NCBI RefSeq assembly: GCF_004010195.1
Contig: NC_057719.1
Span: 67,149,065 to 67,213,064 of the forward strand
DNA from: Chiloscyllium plagiosum
Taxonomy: Eukaryota
DNA length: 64,000 nt
Reading direction: 5' to 3'
The notes beneath the pieces were generated by a model, which was not told the origin of the DNA, made no database searches, and saw nothing but the letters and a program-made list of their open reading frames with translations. Position numbers and translations under genes: made by a program. Positions 27,290 through 41,504 of the stretch are shown here, piece by piece; the stretch's first letter is position 1, and each line of letters begins with the position of its first letter.

Positions 27290-28365
27290 TTGACAAGGCT
27301 GCATTTGAATGAATGTGACATCAAGAAGCCTTCGCAAAACTAGAGTCAATAAGAAAAAGGAGGTTTAAGTCAGACTTGTCAGAAAGGAAGATGCCTGCGA
27401 CCGCTGGAGGTCAGTCAGTTCAATCTCAAAACATCACTGTCTGAATTTCTCAGGGTAGAGTCCTAGACCTAACCATCTTCAGCTATCTGACCAATAATCT
27501 TCCCTCCATCATAATGTCTAAAATAGCATGTTCACTAATGACTGCACTGAGTTCAGCACCACTTGTGATTCCTTGGTGCCAAAGCAGGCTATGTCCAAAT
27601 GTAGCAAGATCTGGAAAATACTCAAGGGACAATAAGTGGTAAGTATCAGTTGTGCCACACAAATGCCAATTAATGACTATTGCCAACAAGAGAGAACAAC
27701 TATTGACACTTGATATTCAAGGGAATCACCATCGCTGAATCCCCTAGTATCTACTACTACTGCCGAGAAACTGAACGAGACATTGCTATATACAAGAACA
27801 GGTTAGATGCTAGGAATCCTCCAACAAGCAACTCCTTCCGTACTCCCAGTCTACCATCTAGAAGGCAAAATTAGGAGCAAGATAGAATATTCCTCAATTG
27901 ACTGGATGAGTGTGCTCTAAACTTGAAGGAGATTGATACCATCCAGGACAAAGCAGCCTGCTTGATTCACACCACATTCACAAATACTTACACCCTCTAC
28001 TGTCAATGTTCAGCAGCAACAGTGTGTACTATTTACAAGATACAATGCAAAAGTTATCTTTCAATAGCACCTTCCAAACCCACAATCACTACCATCTCGA
28101 AAGGTAAGGGCAGCAGAAACTAGGAACACCACAATCTGCAACTTCCCCTGTAAGTCACTCACTATCCCGACTTGGAAATACATTGTCAATTCTTCACAAT
28201 CACTGGGTCAAACTCCTGGAACCCCCTTCCTAATTTTATTGTATATCTGCATGCATCATATGGACTGTAATGGTTCAGAAGGCAGCTCACCATCACCTTC
28301 TCAAGGTAACTAGGGATGGGCAATAATTGTCAGTGATGCCTATGTCCCATGAAGCAATACAAAAA
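27290..28365 (+). mobile_element. Old CR1/L2-type LINE fragment (family B)
   Basis: Decayed RT (cagggtagagtcctagacctaaccatcttcagc), DTIQDKAACLI, and tail ctcaaggtaactagggatgggcaata. Confidence 0.7.
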
Positions 28366-29749
28366 AACAGTCTTTGCCCCAGCACTCCATCCCACAATGC
28401 CACACTATTTTCATCACTGCTTCAATGATGTAATTCCATGTCTCTGGTTACAATGTTTGCAATAGCGATAAACATGCACAAAAGTAAAGACTCATGAGGA
28501 AAAACAAGTATGCAAAAGAAATGGAATGATATACTCACATCTATAAATATTTTCTTAAAGCTATTTACTTTTTCAATTACAAGGATACAAATCTGATGGG
28601 ATATAAGTTGCATTAGACTCCTGCCAGGCATCTGATATCCAGCAGGAACAGCAAACAAGTCTACGTGCAGTTGTACTGTTGCTGGGTTGGGGTGTGCTGT
28701 GTTTAAATAGGGTAGTCTTAGTGGAGAGGAACCACATTTGACAGCACTGCGGATTGAAGGGATATCCCAAATCTGGCAGCGTACATTTAGCATGAACATT
28801 GCATTAACTGTCTTATGATTGGTTTCCAGAAAAATAAATACTATTTCCTTAAATAATATCACAGCAGCATAAACAAACATAAAAATTCCATTCAGTACTG
28901 CTGTGGAACAGTAAACACATGACTGCTTTAGAGTTTTTTTTAATGCTGGAATAGTGAAACACGGTTTGTACTGTTTGCATCTTGGAAGGTGGATGATAGG
29001 ACTTGCAAAAGCACCCTCTGTGAACAGCTAGCAATGGTAGCAAAATGCGACAGGAGGCTTGGCATGCAATATTGATGTTTCGGCCTGAGCAGATGCACAT
29101 TTTTGAATGAGGATTTTGCTTTTATGTTAATTTAGGAAGCATGATTTGGGTTGAGGTATAAAATACTAAATGGGGGAAAACAGTTTGAAGTGAAATCAAA
29201 TTGGGTGAAAGAAATGTGGAAGGGCTTCATCATACTGGAGCAACATTGTAATGATGGGCAAAGAGTTGTATATTACAGAGAATAAATAACAGTATGGGCA
29301 GAGTTAGAACACCCAAACTCCAGGTGAGTCACATAAACACATGGACGTGAACACCCAGAGATGATGAATTAATCCTTCACTTATATAAGTGTCAATCAGG
29401 GCCTGGTTTAACCGTGATTACCATGCATGAAAGTTTTTAATATTAATGTGTACTAAAGAGTGACTTTGAAGTCTAAACTTGAAGACAGTTCAATTCTTTG
29501 CTTTCTCCTCGATCAGTTTGTAAAGAACTAAACTCAAATGTTGCATCAAACCACATGATGAAAGGAACATTTATTTTGGGTTAATATTGTAAAGGATAGC
29601 GAGCAGTTGAAGTTGGAGGAATTCTACAGGTTGTCAGTAGTTTGGAGAATTAGTCATTCATCATGATGAGCAGAGTGGGGTGGGAAAAACTACGATGGCC
29701 TAGGCAAATAATAATGGAGTTGTAAGTAATGAGTTACAGAGGGAGGTGA

Positions 29750-29865
29750 GTACTGAAGAAGATAGCTGAGATGGTGCTAGAAAATGCAGTAGGTCTGGCA
29801 GCATCCGGACAGAGAGAAACAATGAAGGTTTTGAGTCAGAAATGACTTTTTTTTTCAGAACTATT
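29750..29865 (-). mobile_element. Degenerate Penelope pLTR remnant
   Basis: gctagaaaatgcagtaggtctggcagcatc..ttttgagtcagaaatgactttt..tcagaact, a decayed version of the hammerhead-bearing end seen at 43295-43400. Confidence 0.5.
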
Positions 29866-29943
29866 AAGTGATAGGTCTGGTTTGGAGGAATTGAGACAAT
29901 GGCTTTTTGAAAGAAGCAGTGGGAAGTTAAAAAAGGAAACAGT

Positions 29944-30522
29944 TGATCAATATATTGTCATGTATATTTTAATACAAATACAATGAAAAGTGTTGTATAG
30001 TGTTGTCACTGTCCAGCGCCAACTTGGTCTTTGGAATGGCTCCCGTGTCAGCCCACAGGCCCAGATCTGGGCTCCCCGACTCCGTGCGGAGACCGCCGTG
30101 TCTGAGCCAGAACGTGGTCCTGTATTCCGAGGTCACCAGCACAAAGCAGTTGACCAGCCTCGGGTCCTGATGACATTGCTGTAACCATCGCTTCGCTGCA
30201 CATTGGCTACTGGTACAAAGAGTTGGCACTCTCTGGCATCATCTCTCCTCCGCTGATGCTACCGCAGCCATAACTTTGCACTGGGCTGACCTTGCCGATG
30301 CAGCCACCACCAATGCTGCCAAGTCCTGCACCATGCCCAAACTCACCTCCACCGCCACCGTGAGTCTGTGTTGGGCTCACTTCCCCCATAACCTCGCGAC
30401 CGAGCTCTTCACAAGTAGGTAAGGTAAAAAGTAAAATGGCAAAAGTAATGGACGGAACAAAGGAGTGGACAGGCCCCAGGCTCAGGAGCCTGAAAGCTGC
30501 CTACTCTACCGCCGCCATCTTA
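29944..30522 (-). mobile_element. Non-autonomous retroposon, aagatggcg head and LINE-like tail (copy A)
   Basis: Head and tail are shared with 40384-41176 (taagatgg..gagcctgggg; cactatacaacacttttca..acaata). Confidence 0.6.
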
Positions 30523-30572
30523 AATATATCAAATGGATCCCAGTAGGAAGGGACAACAGAAGCAATTTTTTT

Positions 30573-30860
30573 TTAGATTAAATTAGATTCCCTACAGTGT
30601 GGAAACAGGCCCTTCAGCCCAACCCTCCAACCCACGCCTCTCTGATAATGAACCTACACTACGGACAATTGAGCATGGCCAATTCAACTGACCTGCACAT
30701 CTTTGGAACGTAGAAGGAAACTGGAGCACCTGGAGGAAACCCACACAGACATGGGGAGAATGTGCAAACTCCACACAGACAGTCGCCCAAGGCTGGAATT
30801 GAACCTGGGACCCTGGCACTGTGAGGCAGCAGTGCGAACCACTGAGCCACCATGCTGCCC
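30573..30860 (-). mobile_element. HE1-type V-SINE
   Basis: tRNA head (ggtggctcagtgg..gggttcaattcc), V-domain tgtgtggagtttgcacattctcccc..gggtttcctcc, and CR1-like tail with aatct repeats. Confidence 0.9.
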
Positions 30861-32569
30861 TATTAAGGCAGGAGAAAACAGTTTGAGGTAAATAAAACTG
30901 GAGTATTGTTGGATGTAAGAAAGAATTTGGAAAACAAAGTCAAAAATATGGACTAAGACAATGTAGGGAGCCATAAGGAAGAGGTGATTGACTTTCCTCT
31001 CGAATTAATTATCATCCCAGTGGAATACGAGGCAGTCTGAAGTAGAAGAGGAGGGTCTTCACAAATTAATGCATGAGATAACAAAGCAAAAGGAAAGTTT
31101 TTGGACTAATGAATAAATTAACCAAGAGCATTGCAGACAGCCTAGCAATACAAAACAAGGGACCTCGCGAATAAATAAAAGTGCCATTTGGCCTTATAAT
31201 GGGTTTTGGGAAAATGAAAAAGGTCAGGTATTGGCAGTCTAGCAATTTAGAGCGGTTGAGAATTGGCTTCAGGAAAAGTGATTAAATAGAACAGGCCGTT
31301 TGCCTTTCTAGGCTTAACCAAAACATTAAAAAAAATCCTTCAGTAAGTCAGCTAGCAATATAAAACATTGGAAGGACTTCAAAAATGAGGGCTTCATCCC
31401 ACTCTAACCCTAGTTATAATTTGATATGTCAATAAAAAACACTAATTGCAGAGAACAGGCTTGCTGCAAGCTACTTCAGTATGAAGAAATAATTGCGAAC
31501 ATTTTAAGAAGTTACGTTTTTAAAAAGCTTCTGAAATTAATAGCTGCCTGAGTAGGAGTGGGCTGGCAGCAAGTTACCTATTTGAACACAAACATGTTCA
31601 TAGAGGAACTGGACGTAAGATTAAAAATATGTCTAATTTTTCATTTGAAAATCAGTTGTAACACTACTGGAAATAAGTGAAATGATTGTGAGTCAAGCAG
31701 GAGTGACCAAAGATTTGGGTACAGTGAGAGGTACAGTGAGAAAACAGAAATTGCAAGAGGTATATTGATGCTTATGAATAAAAAACTTTAACTAACATTT
31801 CAGAGAGCAACAGACATAGATATGACTAAATTGTGACACATAAAATGCATGCACATGCATTTTCAATTAGTCACTCATAGATCTCCTGTGGAGTTACTCA
31901 GTGAGTCAGTTGGCACATCGATGGATAATAGGAATATTATCAATCAAGGCAAGTATGGGGGTGGGAAGTGCAAGAGGAAGCAAGTCATACTTACAGGAAG
32001 TTTAGTGCATGCAATACTTAGAATAAATTATTTATGAATAGCTATATATTCACTCAGGGTCATTGTTCTGTATGTGCAATTGGTTTATTCTAACCATATT
32101 TACCAAATGTTTTTCAATCCATGGCTTTTGTTTCTGCTGTCTGCTTTCCTTTTGGATTTCTTATATTTTTAGAAACTTAACTAACTGGTTCTGTATATAC
32201 TTTCTTCCTTTTTTTTAACCTCTGTGTGCTTCTTCAAAGTTTTTAATCTGCATTTATTCTCCTCAGTTTTAATTTTGATGACATCTGGGCCACTGTTACC
32301 TGGAAGGTGGAAAAAGATTGGACCGAGAGATGCTGGAGGGGAGTTCAAGGGGAGAAGTCACATATTGAGGTGGCAGAATCTGAAGACCACATGTTTGTTA
32401 TGTTTGGAAGAATGATAATCAGTGGGAGGCCGTGAGACCTGAGACACATGATGTCAGTTTATAGCATTCATATTTCTGAGCCAGAACTTTACATGTCTCC
32501 AGGCCCTCTCTTAGCTGGCATTCCAGCATGGAGCTGCATTGCTGGAACTCTTGTATTTCAGAAGAAACT

Positions 32570-32855
32570 TCTAATCGAGACCTACCTTTCCAGTCAGATC
32601 AGTGTAAAACAAAATCCCACGCCACTATTTTGAACATCAATGGAGTTATCCCCAGTGTTTGGGCCAATACTTATCCTTTAATCAACTTCACAAAAAACGG
32701 AATATTTGATCACTATCTCATTGCTGCCAGCATTTATGTTCAAATTGAGTGCCATGCTCCCAACAAGATAACAGTAACTTAAACTTGAAAGTACTTGATG
32801 AAAAGTGTTTTGAGATGTACAGGAGTTGTGAAAGGCAGAATATAAATGCAACATT
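32570..32855 (+). mobile_element. Old Deu-domain SINE remnant (SacSINE1/AmnSINE1-like)
   Basis: aatcccacgccactattttgaa..ggagttatccccagtgtttgggccaatacttatcc..gtgaaaggcagaatataaatgcaa resembles the DeuSINE consensus as I recall it. Confidence 0.6.
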
Positions 32856-33079
32856 TTCTTCTGAGGTAGGGATAGAATAAAATCTGGAAATTGACAAAAG
32901 CTGTAAAATGGGTATATTAGTTGAAAAGTACAAAGTGCTGTGATGCAAAAATCTTAAAAGTTGGAGAATTAAATGGCAATAATATTGCATATACAATCCA
33001 CTTTTCAGAATTAGAAGTTGCTCAGTTTAAATTGAAATCTTTATATATTATCTTTATAACATGGTATTAAAATTGTCTA

Positions 33080-34382
33080 ATCTATAAAAGGGCAGGCCAC
33101 CTGGCCCTTCTGCCTCTGCTCCACCATTCAATAAGGTCACAGTTGATCTGATTAAGAAACTCGACTCTATATTTTTGCATATCTTTAATAATCTTTCACT
33201 CCTTGGTAATCAAGAATCTATTTCTGCCTTAAAAAAAATCGGAAGATTCTGTATCCACTGTCTTATGAGGAAGGAAATTCCAAATACACTCAACCCTCAA
33301 ATAATTTTTTTTCTTCATCTCTGTCCTAAATGGATGGCCCCTTATATTTAAACTCCGACTCCTAATTCTAGATTGTCCCATAAGGGGAAAGCATCCTTTT
33401 CACATCCACCCAGTCAACTCTCTTTAGAATCTTATACGTTTCAATTAAGTGGTCACTGATTTTTATAAACTCCAGAGGATATAGGCCCAGCCTGTCCTGC
33501 ATTTCCTCACAAGGCAATCCACTCATTTTGGGTATTAGTTAAGTACACCTTTGTTGAGCTATTTTCAATGCATTAAGATCTTTCTGTAAATAATGCGACC
33601 AGTGGTGCTGTACATAGTGGTCTAAATGTGGTCTCACCAATGCTCTGTATAACTGAAGCATAACCTTCCTACTCTTGGAGAAAACAATAACATTCTATTA
33701 ACTTTCCTGATTATTTTCTGTACTCCCAGGTCTCTCTGCATATCAGAGCTCTGTGATCTCTCATCATTTAGATGTTCTTTTTTCCATTCTTTCTGCCAAA
33801 ATGGACAATTTCACACTTCCCTACATTATACTCTATTTACCATACCTTTGCCCACTCACTGAACTTAACCACATCCCTTTGTAGCTTGCTTATGCCCTCT
33901 TGCCAATTCCCTTTCCTATTTTCTGTCATCAGCAAATTTGGCTACCATATCTTCAGTCCCTTCACCCATATCATTTTATATAAATTGTAAGGAGTTTTGA
34001 CCTCAATGTTAACCCCTGTGGTGCACCACTTGTGACATCCTGCCAGCCTGAAAAAAAAATACTTCTACTCTCTGCTTCCTGTTAGCTAACAAACCAATCC
34101 ATGCCAACACATTAACCTAACATGACAACCTCTTATTTTCTGCAATATATTTGATATGGCATCTTTTCAAATGCCTTTTGCAAATCTAAATACAATACAT
34201 TCATCGGTTCCTCTATATTCACAGAACAAGTTATTTCTTCAAAGAACTCCAATAAATTAGTTAAATATGATTTCGTTTTGGCAAAACCACATTGGCTCTG
34301 CCTGATTATCTTAAACTTATCCAAGTATCCTATGTTAACGTCTTTAATCATAGCTTCCAACAATTTCCCTATTGCAAATGTA
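33080..34382 (-). mobile_element. Old CR1 LINE fragment
   Basis: SQCGFAKTKSYLTNLLEFFEE..LYLDLQKAFEKMP on the minus strand, with a CR1 tail near 33090-33150. Confidence 0.85.
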
Positions 34383-34616
34383 AGATGTATTCAGGAAATA
34401 AGATATTTCCAAATCATGCAAAACATCCACCCATGAGGAAGAAGCACACCGTCTTTCAAAGTAAAATGTAAAAATCTGAAGTAGGTATGCAAATGTAAAC
34501 TTTATTTCTGCAATTCAATTTTATTAGTAAGTTATCTAAAGTTAGATATTGTAGTTTCAATATATTGCTATAGATTAAAATATTGATTACAGTGCCTTTT
34601 TTTTAAAACCTCCTAC

Positions 34617-34791
34617 CGTTTTGTCTCGGAGCCTTTCTCCATGGATTAGAAAATCATCACAGCCACTTTCATCCAGGTGATCTTTAAAAACAGTGACACA
34701 GCTGAGGCCACCACCTCCCAGTGGCACCCATCCTCCACTCGAGTCATCACGGGTCATCACCACTGCTCGCACACGTGCAAAATAACTATCA
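34617..34791 (-). CDS. SPRED1: SPRED1 coding exon 2 (EVH1 domain, N-terminal half), 175 nt
   Basis: Bounded by tttttacAG| and |GTAGGA. Translation [64 protein letters not shown] and WxPLGG match SPRED1 rather than SPRED2. Confidence 0.96.
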
Positions 34792-34961
34792 CTGTAAAAA
34801 GACGACAGCAAATTAGATTTTCCTACTCTTAGCAACATTTTCATCTAGCCTATGTATAAATCAACCTTGAGGGAAATATGACTCACTTCTAAACCTCTAA
34901 GAATACACCTTTACACCAGTAACCAGGATGTGCATTTGAGACAGCTGTCCACTGTAGTGAT

Positions 34962-35186
34962 TATAATGAGGCCAGCCAGGTGGACATCATAGAATATGAG
35001 TTCCCCGATTGGACCAGGTTAACAGCCCCAATCGGGAGCCCTGGCTGACAATTAAGAATGGAGTGTCAGACATCCTGTTCACTTGGAGAGCTGGGTCTGA
35101 CAGAGATAGATCAGTGTCAAAGACTCTCCACGTGTAAATAAAGGGTGACTTGGTGATGGGATCCCAGCCTCTGTGGAGTTACTTCA
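34962..35186 (+). mobile_element. Probable solo LTR (about 225 bp)
   Basis: Starts tataat (decayed TG), ends ttacttCA, and has AATAAA at about 35137 plus an internal ccgattgg/ccaatcgg inverted repeat. No clear TSD. Confidence 0.5.
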
Positions 35187-35499
35187 CTCTTGATCCTGCA
35201 CTTCTCTGCTCCATCCAACATGTTATCAAAGCAACATAGCAGAATGGGAAATTAATATGTGAGCAACATGTTTGCAATCTTAAAACATGCATAACAAAAC
35301 AGCCAGTTTTTCAAAGGAACTCTGCAGTCATATGTTAGTGGATACGTACCATACTTGAAACAATAAATATTTACTGTGGTAATGGGATATGCATGCTTTT
35401 TTCATCAAGTTTAGCAAGACAGTCAATAGTTTAAAAGCAAGTTTATTCAGCAAAAGGCCTGAATACAAAAGCTTAATATTATGCAGGTCAAGTCAACCC

Positions 35500-35830
35500 A
35501 TTTGATTGATACTTTATTCACCACTCGAACCACTAATTCCTTCCATCACGAGCATGCCCAGTGACAGCATAATCTATAAAATGCAGTGCAGTAACTTTTC
35601 AAAGTTTCTTCAAATCCTTCATCTCTGCCACACAAAGATATGGGCAGCAAGCACAAGGGAACATCACCAACTGCAAGTTTACCTCCAAGTTATACACCTT
35701 CCTGACTTGGATATACGTCACTGCTCCTTTGTCCTTAAATTCTGTAACTCAAACCACACTGTCGAAGTACACACACCACATGCGGTGATTCAAAGCAGCT
35801 CACCAACACTTTCTCAAGGGCAAGTAGGAA
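35500..35830 (+). mobile_element. Family-B LINE 3' remnant
   Basis: gggaacatcaccaactgcaagttt..cctgacttgga..gcagctcaccaacactttctcaagggcaa. Confidence 0.55.
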
Positions 35831-36443
35831 TTGTCAGATTTAACTATAAAGCATGATCACTTTGCTCTCTGCTGTCTCAATGCCTAACTTTTACAGAATA
35901 TCTCTCAGCATTTGGAATAGAAGGAAGGCAAGGAGAAATTGGAAACCAGAAATAGTTTGTACAAGTTGGGAAAGTGAGTTATCTGAGAAGATACATTAAT
36001 GAGGACATTGTTTCTTTTACCTGCAGCTCCCCAACTCATCAAGTTAGAACCCCTTGCTTCTCCACTGTTTATAGCTGAGTATAAAATACTTCATGGAAGT
36101 CTTGCACAAATGAACATTTCTCACATAAATGAGGCCACCCAAAAAAAGTGCTGAAAATAAAACCTGAAAAATCAAAAACTTTAGACAGGATGAGTAAGTG
36201 GAAATGACTCTCCAAAATTGGCAACTTTTTAAAGTATGCAACTGTTTAGGCAATGCAAACAGGTCTTGAAATTTCACTGGACAGAAATAAATTCACGATA
36301 TTGCTATCTTCTCGGGATAGGAAACATTAGTGAGGTTAACTCCCAGTGAGAGGTTTGCCATGTTAAAAAGAATAATGCAACTTTAGTTTTGTTTCTTTTT
36401 CACAATTTATCTAATTGCTACTTATTAAAATTAATGGTAGCCA

Positions 36444-36597
36444 TGATGTGGAGGTGCTGATGTTGGACTGGAGTGAACAAGGTCAGAAGTCACATGACCC
36501 CAGACTGACTTCACCTGATGAAGGAATAGTGCTCCGAAAGCTTGTGATTTCAAATAAACCTGTTGGATTGAAACTTGGGGTCATGTGACTTCTGACC
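36444..36597. mobile_element. Short Penelope pLTR remnant with inverted ends and a plus-strand hammerhead
   Basis: ggtcagaagtcacatgacccca / tggggtcatgtgacttctgacc inverted repeat. TCAC-CTGATGA-A-GGAAT-agt-GCTCC-GAAA-GC-TT-GTGA at 36511-36546. Confidence 0.75.
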
Positions 36598-39500
36598 ATG
36601 CCCACCCCTTATCCAAAACAATGTCACAGAACACCCTCCTCCCATCTGTCTATTATATTAGGCATGCATTTCTGTACTGAATATTTGACATTGTGCAATG
36701 TCAGGTAATGCTGAAGAGTTGGTTATTCACTTAACTGAAGAGGTGTTTCTTGAATATTTCTGAATTATGAAGCTATAAATAAATTTATTTCATTATGCAT
36801 ATTTAAACTGGAAATTTTAAACATCTAAGCAATTTGATTTTACTCTATAGTATGCAATTTTCAGGTTATGTATGTATGTATGTACAAACTGATGGCATTG
36901 ACATTTGCTACTTGCTGATTTAAACCAATACTTTAAATTAGTATCTCAATTAATCTAAAGAGAATACAGAAAGTAATTGATGGAATTACTGCACTAACTA
37001 TTATTACTAGATTATTCATTTTAATGAACTTATTACTTCCTGTTCATATAAATGATCTAATAAAATAAACAGTTGCTGTGCTTGTGATAGAAGCCTGAAA
37101 ATTGAGTGACGTCACAAGCAAATCAATTCATTCAATGCTCCACTCCAAATTCACATTAAAGAGCAGGACACTTGAGGCTATGGCAGTCATACCAAAAGGG
37201 CAAGAGGCAATCATCCTTGAAACCTGGGCCAAACACGGGACTTTTATAACCTTGCCACTAGGAACCATGGCCATGAAAAGGTAATATCTCTAATTGAGTC
37301 TGATTTCAGCATTTCTAGCAAATCAGATACTGAAGTAAAATAATTGCGGTCATTTTGATGCTGTGATACCCAGGCTTATTGATGAAACTATTACTTTCAC
37401 TAAACTGTAAAGTCCTAACTGCATTTGTACTAAAGTCTGAACAGCTGAATAAAACATTGGCTATACCGTTCATGGACACAATTTTGTTCATTACTGTAAA
37501 ACTATTTTGCATCATATTTAACATGTCAGATATTTTGATTTTCAGTATTTTGTTTTCTATAAAACTGCGGTAATGAACCATTTCAATAGCAAACATTAAC
37601 AGTCTTTATTTTACAACTAGTAGGTGGATTGTAGAAAATACTTTAAATAAAAAAGGTGCAAATTAAGCAAACATTTGCTGAATATCGTTTATTAACAATA
37701 TCTCAGAATTTACATAAAATACATTCCACATTCAGTGTTTGCGTACTTTACTGTTGTATTATAACATGACTGTAACCCAATCAAGCAACACATTTCGATA
37801 TTTGCTTTGATGCTTACATTTTTGACAGGTCACATGTCAGGTATTTACAGTCCATATTGTTCAAACTCCGCAGTTTCCACAACAGGTGTAGTCTAGCGAT
37901 GTAAAAACATTCCACATTGCTTCATCTCAAGGTCAACTTTGCCTCACCTCTCCACTCACTGCTGGCTTATTAATTCGATTACAACTAGCTTTGGTTTGGA
38001 CATTACTTGCCTCCTGAGTGAGACTGTCCTATCCTTAAACCCTCTTTTTACGCTGTCCTTTGCAATATCATCTGATGACAAGGGGTTAGCTTCCAAATGT
38101 ATGCTGGCCATATCCTCTGAGGATATCCTCTTTCATCCTGAACTAACTGAAAATGTCTAGATTTCCATAGTTTATTTTGTCAACCACAAAATAGGCCATC
38201 ATACCAACCAAATTCTAACAATCATCTCCTAGGAATTCCCAGTAATTGTGGCTGTCCCTGCTATCAGCCTTTATGAATACTGAAGTGTCACTTTGTGATT
38301 ACCACTGACTACTGAAGACCTGCTCACTGCAGCTGAAAAAGATCCTACCTAACCATTCTAATTCATCTACAGCCTCTCATCTAACCAAGCATCCCACTGC
38401 AAAAGAGTCCCACAACCTAGACCGTAGGGCTCAATGCCAAATCAAATTGAGAGATTATGATATGATAAACCAATCATCTGGTGGTGTCTTGGGACAAAGA
38501 AAGAACTAAAAAGATATTCACAAAAGCCTTTCACCTACTTTTGAAGATGAAAAAGTTGACATTGATAGTTATTCTCATCTCCAAATAGGTTAGATATTTC
38601 ACATGTAACCATTATGGAATTGTACAATTTAGAAACTAACCAGAATCGCTGAACCCAAGAACCGAATTATAAAGCATTCATCTTTGAACCTAAAGACAGC
38701 AATGTATTTGGGGAACATTAAAGTACTATTTGCCAGTAATCAGTAAAACCACAATTGCACTAGGTTTCAAGTTAACTGTAATTTTTTTTGCCCAATCAAT
38801 AAAACTGAAAGGTTATTTTTTCCCATACCTATTGCTTAGAATCCATTAGTAGATAATGCTATGCTTTTAATCAAAACAAAGCAGTTCAGTAAACTGAAAC
38901 TTGTAGCAGCATTCCAATGAGAAAACTGCAAATGAGCACTTGAGGTTTGCCATTGCATCCTCAATATACATTTTAATAGACAAAAGGTTTGTACATTCTT
39001 CAAAACGGTGCAAGTGCATACAGCATATCTATTAGACAATAGCAGACATTTGAGACTTGGTCTCCATTATTTGATATTCCAACCTTTAAGAACATGGTTG
39101 TCTAATTTAACGTTGCATGCAATTTATATACAAAGTATATTATAACGTAATTGTTGGCCTTTTCACTCGATTTTCATTTACTCATGGGTGTTTGGATTGT
39201 GAACTCGCTTGCCTTTTTAGTTGGTTTTGATCACCAAGGCATGTTAAGATGGTTCCATGCACAAAAAATGTGTCTTTTTGGAGCCATAGTCACTGCCAAT
39301 AGGCCTTGCATTGGTTATGGGCATAATTATTCCAAGAGTTCCTCTATAAATCTAATTTTATTCGTTATTTGTCATTAAAGTTCTGACCATGAGCAGCACA
39401 AGAATCAGACTCATTGTAGAGTGTCAATTTGGACTGCTGCCAATACAAATTAATGCAATGTGCAATGTTTCTCTCAATTTAACCTGTTTCGACCCTCAGG

Positions 39501-40383
39501 ATTTCAAAAGCCTTGGTCAACTCTCCTCTCAAGCATCTCTTCTTAAAAGAGAACAGCCTCAGCTTCTTCAATCCCTCTAATTAACTAACACATCTCTCTC
39601 ATTGCTGAAAACATTCTCAGAAATCTGTTTTGCACCTATTCTGAAGTCTTTCCTAAAATGTGGTGATCAGAACTGGGCACAATGTCATTCATTACAGACG
39701 TGCTAACAGCATTTTCTTTTGAATGTTACTTTTAACTTAGTTTCTAGCGTCCTTTCAGGCAATTCAGGTTCAGGTCAAAATAACTTGGTATGTGTTATGA
39801 TGTTTCATAATGTTATCGCTGGTCCTTTTGTCAATCACCTTAAATATGCCTCCTCTGGCTACTGACTTCAGTGTTACCGAGAAGATGCTCCTTATTTACT
39901 TCATCATGATTTTGAACACCTCAATCAAATCACCTTTAACCAGAACTACTCCAGCATTTCCAGTACCTCCCCATAACAGTAGTCAATCACCTCTAGTAAG
40001 ATTGATGTAAATCTTTTCTGCATTCTCTCTGCTACTTTGACTTTGCTAAAGTGTGGTGCCCAGAATTGAAGACCATACCAGGCTCAATTTGTGTTTTATC
40101 GAGCTGTTCGTACTCTATTTCTCTACCAATAAATTCAAAGATCCAGACTGTCTTCAGCTCCTTCATCAGTGACCTATCCTCCAAAGTAAGATGAGAAGTG
40201 GGGATGTTATTCACGACTCCTCCTATAGTGAATCAGTCATATGAAGTCAAAACTGGATAATATCAATACATATTTGGGATGACAAGTAACACTCAAACCA
40301 CACAATTGCCAGGCAATGACCATCTCCACAAAGAGAGAATCCAACTCTCTCACCTCGACATTTAATGGTAATACCATCTTCCT

Positions 40384-41176
40384 GTAAGATAGCAGTGGAT
40401 TAGGGCTTCAGAGCCTGGGGATCGTCTGCTCCATCCACTTTTCTTTTCATTTCTTGTCTTGTTTTTCCTCTCTTTTATCTTTTTTTCTCTTTTATTTTAC
40501 GTACCTCGGGTTGAGAAGCCCCGGAGTTCATGGCGACGGCACTGGTGGAGACAAGTGGGCCCAGAGTGGATTCACGGCAGCAGTGTCAGGAAGTTTAGGT
40601 GCATTGACGAGGCAGTTCTAGCACCAACTCATGGCTGCTGTAGCAGAGACAAGTTTGGGTTGCTGGCGGCTTCTGCTTCCAGCGCAGATTCATGGAGGCG
40701 TCGGCAGAGATAAGTTTGGGCCCAGTATGAGACCCTGCGGAATCAGCAGCATCGGCAAGGTGGGCCTGAAGTGGACTCATGGCGGATGCAGAGTTGAGTT
40801 TGGGCTGGTGTGGTACCCGGCAGTGCCGGCATCTACACTGGCGAGGTCCAGTGAGGACCTACAGTGGCAACGACATCAGTGGAGGCAAGATGGTGCCGAA
40901 CAGCGGCGTCTTTCATTCTAGTGGTGGCAGCACAGCAAAGGGACGCATGCCTGGCCACCAGGCCCATTGCCTCTTGTGGAGCACTTAACAAGAAGGACTG
41001 TAAAGTTGAACATGTCTTTCTTTATTTCTTCAGTCTTCTGCTTCTTTATTCTATATTTTGGTTTATCTTTGTTTGTTTTAAGATGGCGCCAGAGACTGGT
41101 GACACTATACAACACTTTTCACAGTATTTTGTAACAAAATACACATCACAATAAATAAATCAAAGCAAATCAAATC
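40384..41176 (+). mobile_element. Non-autonomous retroposon (copy B)
   Basis: Interrupts the host LINE. Ends aagatggcgcc..cacttttcacagtattttg..acaataaataaatcaaagcaaatcaaatca, a microsatellite tail. Confidence 0.65.
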
Positions 41177-41504
41177 ATTGAATCCCTCAGTATCAACATC
41201 CTGGGCATTACAACTGACGAGAAACTGCGCTGGACTAGCCACATAAAGTACTATGGCACGAACAGCAAGTCAGAGGCTAAGAATTTTAGTGGATAACTCA
41301 CTTCCGGCTTTCCTAACGCCTTTCTACAATGTACAAGGCACAAGTCAGAATTTCCCCCACTTGCCTGGTTGGGTATACCTCCAACTCCAATAAGAATCTT
41401 TACACCTTTCAGAACAAAGCAGCCACTTGATTGGCACCACATCTAATATATTAAACATTCACTCCTTCCACAGCCCTTGTACAGTAGCAGCAGTGTGTAC
41501 CATC

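Noticed and set aside
30790..30860. tRNA-like A/B boxes (also at 41505, 60589, 16860)
   Set aside because: SINE heads followed by SINE bodies, not tRNA genes.
34792..34844. N-terminal extension [17 protein letters not shown] in the ORF track
   Set aside because: Intronic sequence upstream of the exon 2 acceptor; the real start is in exon 1.
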